The notes under the pieces: generated by a model | What the model was told of the DNA's origin: nothing | What the model saw: only the letters and a program-made list of their open reading frames with translations | Database searches by the model: none | Assembly (NCBI RefSeq): GCF_000446015.1 | Contig: NC_022093.1 | Span: 810,001 to 842,000, forward strand | Source of the DNA: Thermofilum adornatum | Lineage (GTDB): Archaea; Thermoproteota; Thermoprotei; Thermofilales; Thermofilaceae | Direction: 5' to 3' | DNA: 32,000 bases | Shown: in pieces, positions 1-9,470 of the stretch | Position numbering within the stretch: position 1 is the stretch's first letter | How the letters are laid out: every line of letters starts with the position of its first letter | Made by a program: the position numbers and the translations under genes

Positions 1-870
1 CCTATATTCCTAGTCCGCGACTCCATCCTTCCACAGTTCGTAGATAGTAGCTACCTCCTGATAGCTGTAAGCTACTCTGGAAACACAGAAGAAACACTCA
101 GGGTTTTCGGAGAAGCCCTCCAAAGGAAAATCCCCATAATCTCTGTAACATCGGGAGGCCTTCTTCAGAAATATTCGGAAAAGAACTCTGTCCCAGTGGT
201 CTCCCTGCCACAAGGCTTCCAGCCAAGGGCGGCTTTCCCATACATGGCGGCAGCCCTCTTATCAATCACAGAAACCATAACCGGAGATGTCGGGCTCCTC
301 AAACAGCTCTCAGAATGCGCAGAAAACATGAAAGCCACCAGAGACGAAGCCCTCATGAAGACAATCGAGGATGCTAAAGACTTTTTCAGCAACATAGAAA
401 AAGGACTAACACCCCTCATATACTCCTATAGACCCTACATCTCTGTAGGCTACAGGTTCAAAACACAGCTAAACGAAAACGCAAAAATCCACGCATTCTA
501 CCTGGACCTCCCAGAAGCAAACCACAACGAGATAATGGGCTGGAGACAAGAAGCTTCAGACAAGTTCTTTGCGACAATAATCAGGGGCAGCCAGGAACAA
601 TACTATATGACAACGAGAATAGAGTTCCTCATAAAACACCTAGAGGCCAACAACATACCCACGATAAACTTCTTACCCGAACCACGGTACAGCGGCAAGA
701 AAATATGCGAACTGCTCGACTTAGTATTCAGGCTGGACCTCATCTCAGTCGCAACCGCCCTCAAGCTAAAAACAGACCCAACACCAGTCGACACAATCAC
801 CAAGCTGAAGAAACACCTAGAAAAACACATCGACGTCGAAAAGGAACTGTTTCCCCAAGAAAGACCATAA
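1..870 (+). CDS. Bifunctional phosphoglucose/phosphomannose isomerase (SIS-domain PGI/PMI), 5'-truncated by window edge
   Basis: Frame 1 is open from nt 1 (PIFLVRDS...LIAVSYSGNTEETLRVFGEAL...) and runs into ORF-track 196..870. It carries the SYSGNTEE SIS motif and LPEANHNEIMGW, as remembered from crenarchaeal PGI/PMI. Confidence 0.7.
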   Translation, partial: PIFLVRDSILPQFVDSSYLLIAVSYSGNTEETLRVFGEALQRKIPIISVTSGGLLQKYSEKNSVPVVSLPQGFQPRAAFPYMAAALLSITETITGDVGLLKQLSECAENMKATRDEALMKTIEDAKDFFSNIEKGLTPLIYSYRPYISVGYRFKTQLNENAKIHAFYLDLPEANHNEIMGWRQEASDKFFATIIRGSQEQYYMTTRIEFLIKHLEANNIPTINFLPEPRYSGKKICELLDLVFRLDLISVATALKLKTDPTPVDTITKLKKHLEKHIDVEKELFPQERP

Positions 871-935
871 CACATCCATGACAAAGCGAAAACCTTAAAG
901 GTTATCTACTAAGATTATTTCTGGTCACAAGCTTG

Positions 936-1023
936 GCGGGGGTGCCCGAGCTAGGACAAAGGGGGCGGACTTAGGCTCCGCTGGCGTAGGCCTGCCCGGG
1001 TTCGAATCCCGGCCCCCGCACCA
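936..1023 (+). tRNA. tRNA-Leu (anticodon UAG), class II with long variable arm, CCA encoded
   Basis: Cloverleaf folded by eye. Acceptor GCGGGGG/CCCCCGC, anticodon stem GCGGA/TCCGC, loop CTTAGGC (anticodon TAG at 972-974). Variable arm TGGCGTAGGCCTG, T-arm CCGGG-TTCGAAT-CCCGG, discriminator A1020, CCA at 1021-1023. Confidence 0.9.
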
Positions 1024-1075
1024 ACCCCTATTCTTTGACGATAATAGCAAGAAGCCTCTATTTTTCAGGAAAAAG

Positions 1076-1183
1076 TGGTGGGGCCGCGGGGATTTGAACC
1101 CCGGACCACCTGGGCTCTCGTCTCGAGATCCCAAGTCCTGCGTTAACCGTGCCAGGCATCCTTCCAGGCTGGACTACGGCCCC
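1076..1183 (-). tRNA. tRNA-Pro (anticodon UGG) interrupted by two short introns (about 16 nt at 31/32 or 32/33, and 15 nt at canonical 37/38), CCA encoded
   Basis: Minus-strand cloverleaf: acceptor GGGGCCG/CGGCCCC, D-arm GTCC-AGCCTGGAA-GGAT, T-arm CGGGG-TTCAAAT-CCCCG, discriminator A, CCA. There are 38 nt between anticodon stem halves CCTGG and CCAGG instead of 7. Only removal of about 1136-1151 and 1115-1129 restores a loop with U33 (CUUGGGC, anticodon at 1131-1133). Both inserts can form a 4-bp helix flanked by 3-nt bulges (BHB-like). Confidence 0.75.
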
Positions 1184-1661
1184 ATGATTTGCATACGTCC
1201 AAGAAGGAAAAATATCTGTCGAGGTTTAAATTTTTTGTGGGGAGGGCGGTTTTCCGCGAACTCGCATAGTAACAGTTTTTGCCTATTTGTTAACATCTTC
1301 TCAGTGTGTGGTACAAGAGTTATTTATATACTCTCTTCGGGATGGTCATTAAAAGCGGTTATGGGAAAATTCCTCATCGTAATTCAACTAAGGAAAGAAT
1401 AGATATTTCTTTGTGTCTCTTCATGTCTCTGTTACATTGTTATATATCTGTGCAACGTGAAGCCTTTTCTTTACAATACCCATAAACATGTCGTGAAATC
1501 TGAAGAACATTTCCTCGCACCTGAAGCCAGAAATCTTTGCAAAAGTAAAAACAGAGAATTTTATCGTGATATAGGACGGTGAGGAATGAGTTCCCGTGGA
1601 TATCTCTGTTGAAATGTTATCTGTACCGGGAACGAATAAATTAAAAGTTAGAGTCTAACGC

Positions 1662-1727
1662 AGGGGGTAAATATGTGGCACCAGCGGTGACCACTGCATC
1701 AGAGTGGAGGTTACCCCCTCTGTTTTT
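1662..1727 (+). ncRNA. Candidate small structured RNA (unknown class): TATA-like box, 9-bp closing stem with alternative inner hairpins, oligo-T
   Basis: AGGGGGTAA (1662-1670) pairs with TTACCCCCT (1711-1719). Inner hairpins GTGGCACC-AGC-GGTG(A)CCAC (1675-1694) and CCACT-GCATCAG-AGTGG (1691-1707) are mutually exclusive. AATAAATTAAAA sits at 1635-1646, about 25 nt upstream, and T5 at 1723-1727 follows the stem directly. No ORF is present. Confidence 0.3.
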
Positions 1728-1911
1728 GCTCCGCGCGCGGACAAGTGCTATACCATGCATGTAGTCGCTCTAGTAGTACTCTTTTCGGCAGAAATAAAAT
1801 GAATTGAAAGTTGTCATAAATCTTTCAGGGTTTATGTGTTTTTGTTCTCAGCCTTAGTTATATGAACTCTCATTCATTTTTTAAATAGTAGATGGGAGCA
1901 TTCTCGTGAGT

Positions 1912-1924
1912 AAAGTTTTTATAG
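1912..1924 (+). promoter_or_regulatory. Putative BRE/TATA box of the thermosome gene
   Basis: AAAGTTTTTATAG lies about 40 nt upstream of ATG 1961. An AGGTGG SD-like motif at 1975-1980 precedes the alternative ATG at 1985. Confidence 0.35.
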
Positions 1925-1960
1925 AAGCGATAATTTATTCTTGTCCGAAGGCGCATAAAA

Positions 1961-3643
1961 ATGGCAACGTTAGAAGGTGGTAGTATGGCGTCGGTGGCGC
2001 AGGTTGGTGGTGTACCGGTTTTGATACTTAAGGAAGGAACGTCTAGGCAGGCAGGTAGAGAGGCGCTTCACCTAAACATAATGATTGCCAAAGCTATCTC
2101 TGAAACAATCAAGACTACTCTTGGTCCAAAGGGAATGGACAAGATGCTCATCGACACTCTTGGAGACATTACTATTTCCAATGATGGAGCGACTATTCTA
2201 GACGAGATGGACGTTCAGCACCCGATCGCGAAACTGATGGTTGAGGTGGCAAAGGCCCAGGACAAGGAGGTAGGCGACGGAACAACCACTGCCGTCGTTC
2301 TAACTGGCGAGCTTTTGAAGGAGGCCGAGAAGCTTCTCGAGAAGAACATTCACCCAACAGTCATTGTTTCTGGATACAAGAAGGCTTCTGAAAAGGCAAG
2401 GGAGATACTCAAGAGCAAGGCAATCAAGGTTGACCTGAAAGACATGGATACTCTCAAGAAGGTCGCTGCAACCTCCATGCGTAGCAAGGCTATAGCGACG
2501 CTTAGAGACTATTTCGCAGAGATTGCAGTCAAGGCGGTTACACAGGTAGCTGAGCAGGTAAATGGACAAATAAGGGTAGACGTGGACAACATCCAGATAA
2601 TCAAGAAGAAGGGTGGAGCTTTCCTAGACACACAGCTGATATACGGCGTTGTAGTTGACAAGGAAGTTGTTCACCCTGCGATGCCCAAGAGAGTTGTCAA
2701 TGCTAAGATCGCTTTGCTGGACGCCCCGCTCGAGGTTGAAAAGACAGAGATCGACGCCGAGATCAGGATTTCGTCTCCAGAACAGATGCACCAGTTCCTA
2801 GAGGAGGAAGAAAAGATACTAAGGGACATGGTAGAGAAGATTAAGGAGAGTGGTGCTAATGTTGTTTTCTGTCAGAAGGGTATTGATGATGTTGCTCAGT
2901 ATTATCTTGCTAAGGCCGGTATTATGGCTGTTAGGCGTGTTAAGAAGAGTGATATGGAGAAGCTTGCCCGTGCTACTGGAGCGAAGATACTTACACGTGT
3001 AGAGGACATCTCGCCCGAGACCCTCGGAACAGCTGAGCTCGTCGAGGAGAGGAAGGTCGCAGACGAGAAGATGGTCTTCGTAGAGGGATGCCCCAACCCC
3101 AAGAGCGTCACAATACTAGTAAGGGGCGGATTCGAGAGGGCAGTCGACGAGGCAGAAAGAGCGATCAAGGATGCTCTCTATGCCGTAGCAGACGTACTCA
3201 GGAACCCCTACATATTGCCGGGAGGAGGAGCCATCGAGGCCGAGCTTGCCAGGGAGCTTAGGAAATACGCTCCAGAAGTAGGAGGAAAAGAACAACTGGC
3301 CGTCGAGGCATTCGCAAATGCCCTTGAGAGCATTCCAAGGACACTTGCGGAAAACGCGGGTCTAGACCCCATCGACATAATTGCTGACCTCAGGGCGGCC
3401 CACGAAGACTCCTCGAAGTGGGGCTACGGCGTCGACGTTGTCAATGGTGGCGTTGCCGACATGATATCTCTAGGCGTATTCGAGCCACTAGCAGTGAAGG
3501 ATCACGCCATCAAGGTGGCGACAGAGGCTGCATCAATGATACTTAGGATCGACGACATAATCTCTGCGTCAAAGCTAGAGGAGAAGAAAGGCGAGAAAGA
3601 GAAGAAAGGAGAAGAGGAAGAAAAGTCCTCCGAATTTGACTAA
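1961..3643 (+). CDS. ths: Thermosome subunit (group II chaperonin, CCT/TCP-1 family)
   Basis: [29 protein letters not shown]-like [31 protein letters not shown] motifs and an EK-rich C-terminal tail. The start could be ATG 1985 (MASVAQ...). Confidence 0.95.
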   Translation: MATLEGGSMASVAQVGGVPVLILKEGTSRQAGREALHLNIMIAKAISETIKTTLGPKGMDKMLIDTLGDITISNDGATILDEMDVQHPIAKLMVEVAKAQDKEVGDGTTTAVVLTGELLKEAEKLLEKNIHPTVIVSGYKKASEKAREILKSKAIKVDLKDMDTLKKVAATSMRSKAIATLRDYFAEIAVKAVTQVAEQVNGQIRVDVDNIQIIKKKGGAFLDTQLIYGVVVDKEVVHPAMPKRVVNAKIALLDAPLEVEKTEIDAEIRISSPEQMHQFLEEEEKILRDMVEKIKESGANVVFCQKGIDDVAQYYLAKAGIMAVRRVKKSDMEKLARATGAKILTRVEDISPETLGTAELVEERKVADEKMVFVEGCPNPKSVTILVRGGFERAVDEAERAIKDALYAVADVLRNPYILPGGGAIEAELARELRKYAPEVGGKEQLAVEAFANALESIPRTLAENAGLDPIDIIADLRAAHEDSSKWGYGVDVVNGGVADMISLGVFEPLAVKDHAIKVATEAASMILRIDDIISASKLEEKKGEKEKKGEEEEKSSEFD

Positions 3644-3648
3644 GAGTC

Positions 3649-3653
3649 TTTTT
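3649..3653 (+). terminator. Oligo-T tract immediately after the thermosome stop
   Basis: TAAGAGTCTTTTTCAC; archaeal termination commonly occurs at T-runs. Confidence 0.35.
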
Positions 3654-3708
3654 CACTAGGTAACGTTTAATTTATTTGGTTATTTTTCTGCAATCTTCTT
3701 GGTAGTTT

Positions 3709-4293
3709 ATGAGTAGAAGTGTTGCCAAAACAATCATAATGGTTACTGGGCTTCCTGGCAGTGGGAAAACTGTTTTCTCAAAGGTTGCCGAGACAATGGG
3801 GATCCTCGTTTTCAGGATGGGTGATGTTCTCAGAGAATATGCTGTTGAGAAGGGTCTAGACACCACAGACGAGACGCTTGGGAGACTGTCTTTGGAGTTA
3901 CGCGAGAGGTACGGGAGGGCGGTCATAGCGGAAAGAACCTTTGAGAAAATTATGGGTACTAATGCAGACATAGTTGTGGTGGAAGGGCTGAGAAACGTCG
4001 AGGAGTTCTTTTTCTTTAGGGAAAAGGCGCAAAACACTGTCTTGGTTGCGATCCATGCCTCACCCAATACCCGATATGCAAGGCTCAGGGAAAGAGGGCG
4101 AAGCGACGATCCTTCGCGATGGGAGGATTTCCTCACACGCGACCAGAGAGAGTTGAATCTGGGGTTGGGAACAGTCATCGCCCTGTCAGATATTATACTT
4201 ATAAATGACGGCAAAACCATAGAAACATTTATGGATGAATGTAGAGTTATTCTGAGAAAACTGTTGGCAAAAAGCCAAGGTTTATCAACATGA
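3709..4293 (+). CDS. P-loop nucleotide kinase-like protein (UPF0200 / dephospho-CoA-kinase-like family)
   Basis: Walker [14 protein letters not shown] near the N-terminus, size about 190 aa, kinase-like layout. The family name is from memory. Confidence 0.55.
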   Translation: MSRSVAKTIIMVTGLPGSGKTVFSKVAETMGILVFRMGDVLREYAVEKGLDTTDETLGRLSLELRERYGRAVIAERTFEKIMGTNADIVVVEGLRNVEEFFFFREKAQNTVLVAIHASPNTRYARLRERGRSDDPSRWEDFLTRDQRELNLGLGTVIALSDIILINDGKTIETFMDECRVILRKLLAKSQGLST

Positions 4294-4736
4294 TCGTCAG
4301 AGTTAGAGCGTCTCTAAACCCAACAGAATCCCCCGAAAAAGTCTTAAAATCTATACTCAACCTTTTTGATTTCAAAGAAGCTGAATGTGAAAGAGCATCC
4401 GGCGGCGAAAAGGAATATATTATATGTGTTGCTAAGTCCGGTAGCCCACTCTACAAGCTTAGAAACTTGCTGCGGCAACAGCGCATTCTAGATGCCGCCA
4501 GATCCTATATTGAGCGTGGGATGGAAGATACCCGAACTGTGTTTTACCTGAATAAGCAGGCCGCCTTTATGGGTAAGGTTAGTTTCTGCACCTATGAAAC
4601 AGGCGAAAGCCCATTGGGAGCAGTTGTTGTCAGCATAGAGTTTGAGAATTGTGGTCCCGAACAAGTTTTGGATTGGCTTGCTCCAAGAACGGTTGATGGA
4701 AAGCCAGTTAACGAGGTTGCAGAGCTTAATTGTTGA
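4290..4736 (+). CDS. UPF0201 / COG1931-like putative RNA-binding protein
   Basis: N-terminal [12 protein letters not shown] and central [13 protein letters not shown] resemble the COG1931 family as remembered. The start overlaps the upstream stop (ATGA at 4290-4293). Confidence 0.5.
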   Translation: MIVRVRASLNPTESPEKVLKSILNLFDFKEAECERASGGEKEYIICVAKSGSPLYKLRNLLRQQRILDAARSYIERGMEDTRTVFYLNKQAAFMGKVSFCTYETGESPLGAVVVSIEFENCGPEQVLDWLAPRTVDGKPVNEVAELNC

Positions 4737-5685
4737 GGAGGCTTATTCGTTCAACGTGGAAGATCCTAGGATATTTGAATAAGATGTTTATGATTAGTCC
4801 TTTTTCTGCGAAAATTACCCTTGGGAAAAGGGTTCTTGCCGCTATTTCTAGTTTGTCGTTGTCTCGGTAACGAGAGCTGAAATGAGTGAGTACAACTAGT
4901 TTAGCCCTTATTTTTCTGGCTAGATTTAGAGCGTCTTCTAGGCTTGTATGTGCCATGTAAGGTTTTTCGTACCAGTCGCTTTTTAGTAGGGTTGCTTCGT
5001 GAATCAGGACGTCGGAGTCTAAAGCCTTTGCGGCAAATCTAAAGTTTGGCAGTGTGTCGCCGCTGTAGGCAACTTTTATCCCGGGCACAACCTGTTTGAC
5101 AAAATCCTTCAGCTCGTAAGGGATACCGTCTTTTATTACCAGTCCATCCTGTGTGAGCTTTTTACGTTGTATAGGAGAAAGTTTCGCAGTGTTGAGTTTT
5201 TCTTCGTCTAGCCGGATTTTCTCTTTTGTCTCGAATATGTATGAAAGTGCGTTGAGAGAATGTGGGGCAGAGACGTACCTGATAGATAGGATGTTTTCTA
5301 TTAGATGAAATGTACCTTCTTCAGAGAGGAACTCTGTGACATGTACTGGAAAATTTAGTTTTTCTAAGTTGTGCATCACAATTCTTCTGAGACCAAAGGG
5401 TCCATAGATGTATACAGGTCTTCTTCTGCCAAGTAGCGAGAAGCTTTCTAGTAGGGGGTTAAGACCGTTGTAGTGGTCACTGTGTAGATGTGATATGAAG
5501 ATATATAGAGGAGAGTTGCTTCCCAGTCTAAATACTTCAAACATTTTTTGGCAGTGTTCGCCTGCGTCGAGCAAAATGATTTTTTCGTTAAGTTGTAGTG
5601 CGTTACATGGCTGTTCTAGGCGTCCCTGAGCAACAGAGCCCCCCGCGCCCCAAAGCAGTATTCTGATCATTGAGATTTCAGACAT
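4726..5685 (-). CDS. rnz: Ribonuclease Z (tRNA 3'-endonuclease, metallo-beta-lactamase fold)
   Basis: HLHSDH (HxHxDH), AYSGDT, LIHEAT, AHTS and LTHFSSRY motifs in the canonical RNase Z order, about 310 aa. The alternative start is M6 (5670). Confidence 0.85.
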   Translation of the reverse strand: MSEISMIRILLWGAGGSVAQGRLEQPCNALQLNEKIILLDAGEHCQKMFEVFRLGSNSPLYIFISHLHSDHYNGLNPLLESFSLLGRRRPVYIYGPFGLRRIVMHNLEKLNFPVHVTEFLSEEGTFHLIENILSIRYVSAPHSLNALSYIFETKEKIRLDEEKLNTAKLSPIQRKKLTQDGLVIKDGIPYELKDFVKQVVPGIKVAYSGDTLPNFRFAAKALDSDVLIHEATLLKSDWYEKPYMAHTSLEDALNLARKIRAKLVVLTHFSSRYRDNDKLEIAARTLFPRVIFAEKGLIINILFKYPRIFHVERISLLNN

Positions 5686-6763
5686 TTTTCATCACGTAGA
5701 GGTGCCTTATTAGAGAACTGTGTTCCAGTATTTCACAAATCCTGTTGGTTTCATTGGCACTTATTTTATTTTTGTCAATAGATAGGAAGACTGCTCTGCC
5801 ATTTCTTTTCAAGATTTTTCTAACAGTTTCAAGTGTAGCTTCTAAAAGAAGACTAGGATCACGCCTATGCGTAGAGGCCAATCGACCATATGGGGGATCA
5901 AACGCTATTGCTCTGAAGGAGTCTCCACGTAGAGGCATGTATACAGAGTCAGATATAACGAGGTCAACTACTGCATGTAGGCCGAGCTGGATTATATTTC
6001 TCCTCGAGCCTCTTATCTGTTTATAGTTCAAGTCAATACCAATGCTGTAGACACCTTGAAGAGCCGACTCGATTAGGACGCTTCCGGTTCCGGCAAAAGG
6101 GTCAAGGAAAGGTTCGCTGAAATCAATGCATGAATCATTGCCACATGGCTTAGCTGAGGCCAAGTTGAACAAAACAAGTGAGTGGTATGGGGTAAGTGCG
6201 CTGGGCTGTGAATAGGGTCTCTTTTCTGTCCATCTGTACTGGAACCTGTCTTTCCTGTATTTCTTCAGTAAAATTGCTACCAAGACATGGTTGTCGTCGA
6301 GAAAAATAAACCTGAAGTCGATGCTTGGATTGCTCCTTGAAACATACGGTTTACCGGGAGACAGCTTTTCACTTACGTCCAATATTAGCTTGGATCTAAG
6401 GTCATTTTTTATACTGGGGGGAACTAGTCTCCCTATGTCCAAGAAATCGACATTGTATGATTTTTTCAACTTTATGTTCTCGACAAGAATCTCTGCAATT
6501 CTTTTTTGCGTCTCTCTATCCGACAAGAGAGAGTCTAGCCTTTCGCTAGCAATAACCCAGTAGAGGTCTTCGGTGCACGAAGATGAGTAGAGTCTTTCAA
6601 TGAGAAGACCCAGATCGCTTGCCGTGAAGAGTATTAATCGATCAAAATAAATGGTCGGTTTACTCGTAAATAGGTTCTCGATCTTCCGTAAAACTTCGTA
6701 GAGATTGCACTTTGAGAGGCAAAACCTCACGTAGATTGCATAGAGGGGGTCATTTCTATTCAT
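5678..6763 (-). CDS. THUMP-domain tRNA (guanine-N2)-methyltransferase, Trm11/Trm-G10-like
   Basis: N-terminal THUMP-sized region followed by SAM-MTase motif I DPFAGTGSVLIE and motif IV FDPPYG. Overlaps neighbouring genes by 8 nt on both sides. Confidence 0.7.
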   Translation of the reverse strand: MNRNDPLYAIYVRFCLSKCNLYEVLRKIENLFTSKPTIYFDRLILFTASDLGLLIERLYSSSCTEDLYWVIASERLDSLLSDRETQKRIAEILVENIKLKKSYNVDFLDIGRLVPPSIKNDLRSKLILDVSEKLSPGKPYVSRSNPSIDFRFIFLDDNHVLVAILLKKYRKDRFQYRWTEKRPYSQPSALTPYHSLVLFNLASAKPCGNDSCIDFSEPFLDPFAGTGSVLIESALQGVYSIGIDLNYKQIRGSRRNIIQLGLHAVVDLVISDSVYMPLRGDSFRAIAFDPPYGRLASTHRRDPSLLLEATLETVRKILKRNGRAVFLSIDKNKISANETNRICEILEHSSLIRHLYVMKNV

Positions 6764-7841
6764 GTTTTTCTCTTTTCTCGATTGTTCTTACAATAATAGA
6801 GACTATCACGCTACCCAGAACTATGAAGGCCCAGGTGAGAACGTTACGTATGTCTCCACTCCCACTTATGAATCTGCCTACCTCGAAGACGAGTTGCCGT
6901 GATAGCAGGGTTGTCCCAATAATTAGTACATCGCTGTAAGAGCTTGGCTTGCCGATTATAGCGTTATCTATTAACGTGCCGAGGATCGGTAACAAAAGTG
7001 CAAGTATAAATAGATCTAGGACGAGGAGTTGTGCTCCTACTGGCGCCAAAAGGAAGTATCCTAGTGCCCAGAGAATGTCTGGAACATTTGTTCTCAGCAG
7101 AGCGTATATGCCTTGCGTAAATGCGAGGAAAGATATAGTAATTGCCAACAAGTATGTTGCGAAAGTGACTGGTCTTGACCTATAGATTTTCGAGAAGTAT
7201 TCTTCAACATTATACCCCTTAATGAACATGAAGCTTCCAAGGGAAATAATGATTATCGGCCAAACAAATTGGGGTGCAAAGGCTGAGAGGACGCTATAGA
7301 AAACCAGGAATAAGCCTGTTAGACCTAGGGAATAGCGTTTATATTTTTCCTCAGTCAGCGCCTTCTTTATATAGTTTATTAGGAGGACGAATGTTTCCTC
7401 GACCCCTCTTGATTGCTGGACAATTACTCTTCGAATAGAGAATATAGGTAGCCTTGACTGTATCAGGGGGGCAACCAGTTCATCTGTGGGGCCGTCTGAT
7501 ACCAATACTACTCCGTCGAATTTTTTCTGGCTTAGCACTTGGTCGAGCTCTTTAAGGATCTTCATATCTGCCTCCACGTCTTCTGACTCGAGGCCAGCGA
7601 TAAGAGCCACTTCGACGTTGCTCCCATACTGTTTTCTTAGTTCTCTCAACGTCTGTATCGCGGCAAACATTGCATTTGAATCTGAGTCTTCTGGGCGGAC
7701 AAGTATGTATTCGGTTGCCGCCCTGAGTAGCTCGTTTTCTCCTATAAGGGGGGTCTTTATGTTCAAAACTGTTCCTACGTCGTTGTCGCGGTCTACACAT
7801 AGGACCAGTATTGAGGTGTTAGACGGGTGTTCCACAATCAT
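6756..7841 (-). CDS. Integral membrane protein, DUF373-like (soluble N-domain plus about 6 TM)
   Basis: ILVLCVDRDNDVG N-terminal domain of about 160 aa, followed by multiple hydrophobic helices. The family name is recalled and not verified. Confidence 0.45.
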   Translation of the reverse strand: MIVEHPSNTSILVLCVDRDNDVGTVLNIKTPLIGENELLRAATEYILVRPEDSDSNAMFAAIQTLRELRKQYGSNVEVALIAGLESEDVEADMKILKELDQVLSQKKFDGVVLVSDGPTDELVAPLIQSRLPIFSIRRVIVQQSRGVEETFVLLINYIKKALTEEKYKRYSLGLTGLFLVFYSVLSAFAPQFVWPIIIISLGSFMFIKGYNVEEYFSKIYRSRPVTFATYLLAITISFLAFTQGIYALLRTNVPDILWALGYFLLAPVGAQLLVLDLFILALLLPILGTLIDNAIIGKPSSYSDVLIIGTTLLSRQLVFEVGRFISGSGDIRNVLTWAFIVLGSVIVSIIVRTIEKREKHE

Positions 7842-7907
7842 CTCCTTGTTTTTTATGCTACTTGCTCATTTATTACAGTTTCTTTCCATTGAAAAAGAAA
7901 AAGTCTA

Positions 7908-9248
7908 TTAGATTACCATGTTATGTTTTAGAAACTCAGTAATAATGTCTCGGAGGTCAGGCTTTGAAATCTCTCTCAGCTCGAACTTTATCCTTGTCAC
8001 CGGCTTGTTGACCCTGAGATATCTCGCTATGTTGCTTGGGGTTCCAAGTACAATAGATTCTGCTGGGACATTATTAATAGTGATTTCGAGGTCTTTGAGT
8101 TGCTGTGGGCTGTATCCAAGAGCTGGCAAAACCGGACCGATATGTGGATACTTCTCGTATGCCTCTTTAATTGTTCCAACGGCATATGGCCTCGGATCAA
8201 TTATCTCTGCGGCTCCGTATTTCCTTGCCGCGTAGTATCCGGCGGCCGTGCCTAGTCCGCCATGTGTAACAGTTGGCCCGTCCTCGATCACTAGAACCCT
8301 TTTACCCTTAATAAGTTCTGGAGTGCTTGCTGTGGCTTCAGAGTGTGCCTTAACTATGACGGCTTTGCTGTTAACCTTCCTGACTGCCTTCTCAACATTT
8401 TCAACGTTGCTCTGATCCACAACATTTACCTTGTTGATAACTATCACGTTAGCGAGCTTCACATTTACGAAGCCAGGATAAGACGACAAAACGTCTCTGG
8501 GTCTAGTTGGGTCAACTACTGTGATCCAGAGGTCTGGAACATAGAAAGGCCAGTCATTGTTCCCGCCGTCCCATATCACAACTTGGGATTCTTTCTCAGC
8601 TTCACGGATTATCGCCTCATAGTCAACACCTGCATAAACAATGTTGCCCTCTTCTATGTGTTGCTCATATTCTTCCCTTTCCTCGATAGTGCAATTATGC
8701 CTCTCCAGGTCTTCAAACGTGGCAAATCTCTGGACGACCATTCTCCTTAAGTCTCCATACGGCATCGGATGCCTAATGACTGCAAATCTAACACCCAGAC
8801 CCTTTAGAATGCTTGCAACTCTCCTGCTCACAGTGCTTTTACCCGCGCCAGTCCTCGAAGCGGTTACAGCGATCACAGGTTTGTTTGACTTTATCATTGT
8901 CTCAAAGACTCCTGGTAACACAAATTCCGCGCCAGCCGCTATCACCCTGCTGGCCTTGTCTACAACTTCTTCTGCGGTCAAGTCGCTGTAGGAAAGCATA
9001 GCTTTTTCTACGTTGTATTTCTTTATCAGTTCCTCAAGCATGGATTCTGGATAGATAGGTATACCCTCAGGATAGAGAGAACCAGCCAACTCAGGGGGAT
9101 ACCTCCTATTATCTATAAATGGGATCTGTGTAGCTGTAAATGCGACAACTTCGAACTTTGGGTTGTCACGGAAGAGAACATTAAAATTGTGAAAATCGCG
9201 TCCAGCCGCACCCATGATAATAACTCTCTCACGTGTAGTCTGCGTCAT
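7908..9248 (-). CDS. COG2403-family P-loop protein (cyclic 2,3-diphosphoglycerate synthetase-like / predicted GTPase)
   Basis: N-terminus IIMGAAGRDFHNFNVLFRDN and P-loop SRTGAGKSTVS, about 446 aa, as in cDPG-synthetase-like proteins. Confidence 0.55.
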   Translation of the reverse strand: MTQTTRERVIIMGAAGRDFHNFNVLFRDNPKFEVVAFTATQIPFIDNRRYPPELAGSLYPEGIPIYPESMLEELIKKYNVEKAMLSYSDLTAEEVVDKASRVIAAGAEFVLPGVFETMIKSNKPVIAVTASRTGAGKSTVSRRVASILKGLGVRFAVIRHPMPYGDLRRMVVQRFATFEDLERHNCTIEEREEYEQHIEEGNIVYAGVDYEAIIREAEKESQVVIWDGGNNDWPFYVPDLWITVVDPTRPRDVLSSYPGFVNVKLANVIVINKVNVVDQSNVENVEKAVRKVNSKAVIVKAHSEATASTPELIKGKRVLVIEDGPTVTHGGLGTAAGYYAARKYGAAEIIDPRPYAVGTIKEAYEKYPHIGPVLPALGYSPQQLKDLEITINNVPAESIVLGTPSNIARYLRVNKPVTRIKFELREISKPDLRDIITEFLKHNMVI

Positions 9249-9470
9249 TAGAGTCGATAAAAATTGTTTAAAAGCTGGATAAATTAATTTTCATAAATAA
9301 TGTTGAAGAACTCTACGATAACTTTGTCAAAACATAATTAGACAAACACTAAGAAAAAAGATGAACAATATTTAATTTTGAATTCACTACATTTCGTATT
9401 TTTACTTTGTTTTCTTCGGTCTATCTGCCAGCAGAGTCGAGTATTTATATAACGGAGCATAAACAACGAC

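Noticed and set aside
1094-1402. 102-aa plus-strand ORF
   Set aside because: Its first 90 nt are the antisense of the tRNA-Pro gene and the rest is low-complexity intergenic sequence. It has no motif and no SD or TATA context, so it is spurious.
1561-1625. CGTGATAT / CGTGGATAT direct half-repeats and a GGAA-TGAG-TTCC mini-hairpin as a C/D or K-turn sRNA
   Set aside because: There is no CUGA D box on either strand and the box spacing does not fit. The evidence is too weak to call.
900-1960. tRNA-flanked region as an integrated mobile element or att site
   Set aside because: There is no integrase or transposase, I could not find any direct repeat of either tRNA 3' end elsewhere in the window, and the region has no genes.
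3560-3643. EK-rich low-complexity run at the thermosome 3' end ([16 protein letters not shown]) as a DNA repeat
   Set aside because: This is a typical flexible charged C-terminal tail of group II chaperonins, in frame with the gene.
3672-4220. 182-aa minus-strand ORF opposite the UPF0200 gene, with similar antisense ORFs at 13042..13497, 14800..15099, 8343..8991, 10131..10436 and 11102..11428
   Set aside because: In each case the opposite strand carries recognisable catalytic motifs (P-loop, translin, PF04008, COG2403, TFB, Dph5). The antisense frames are Ser/Leu-rich without features.
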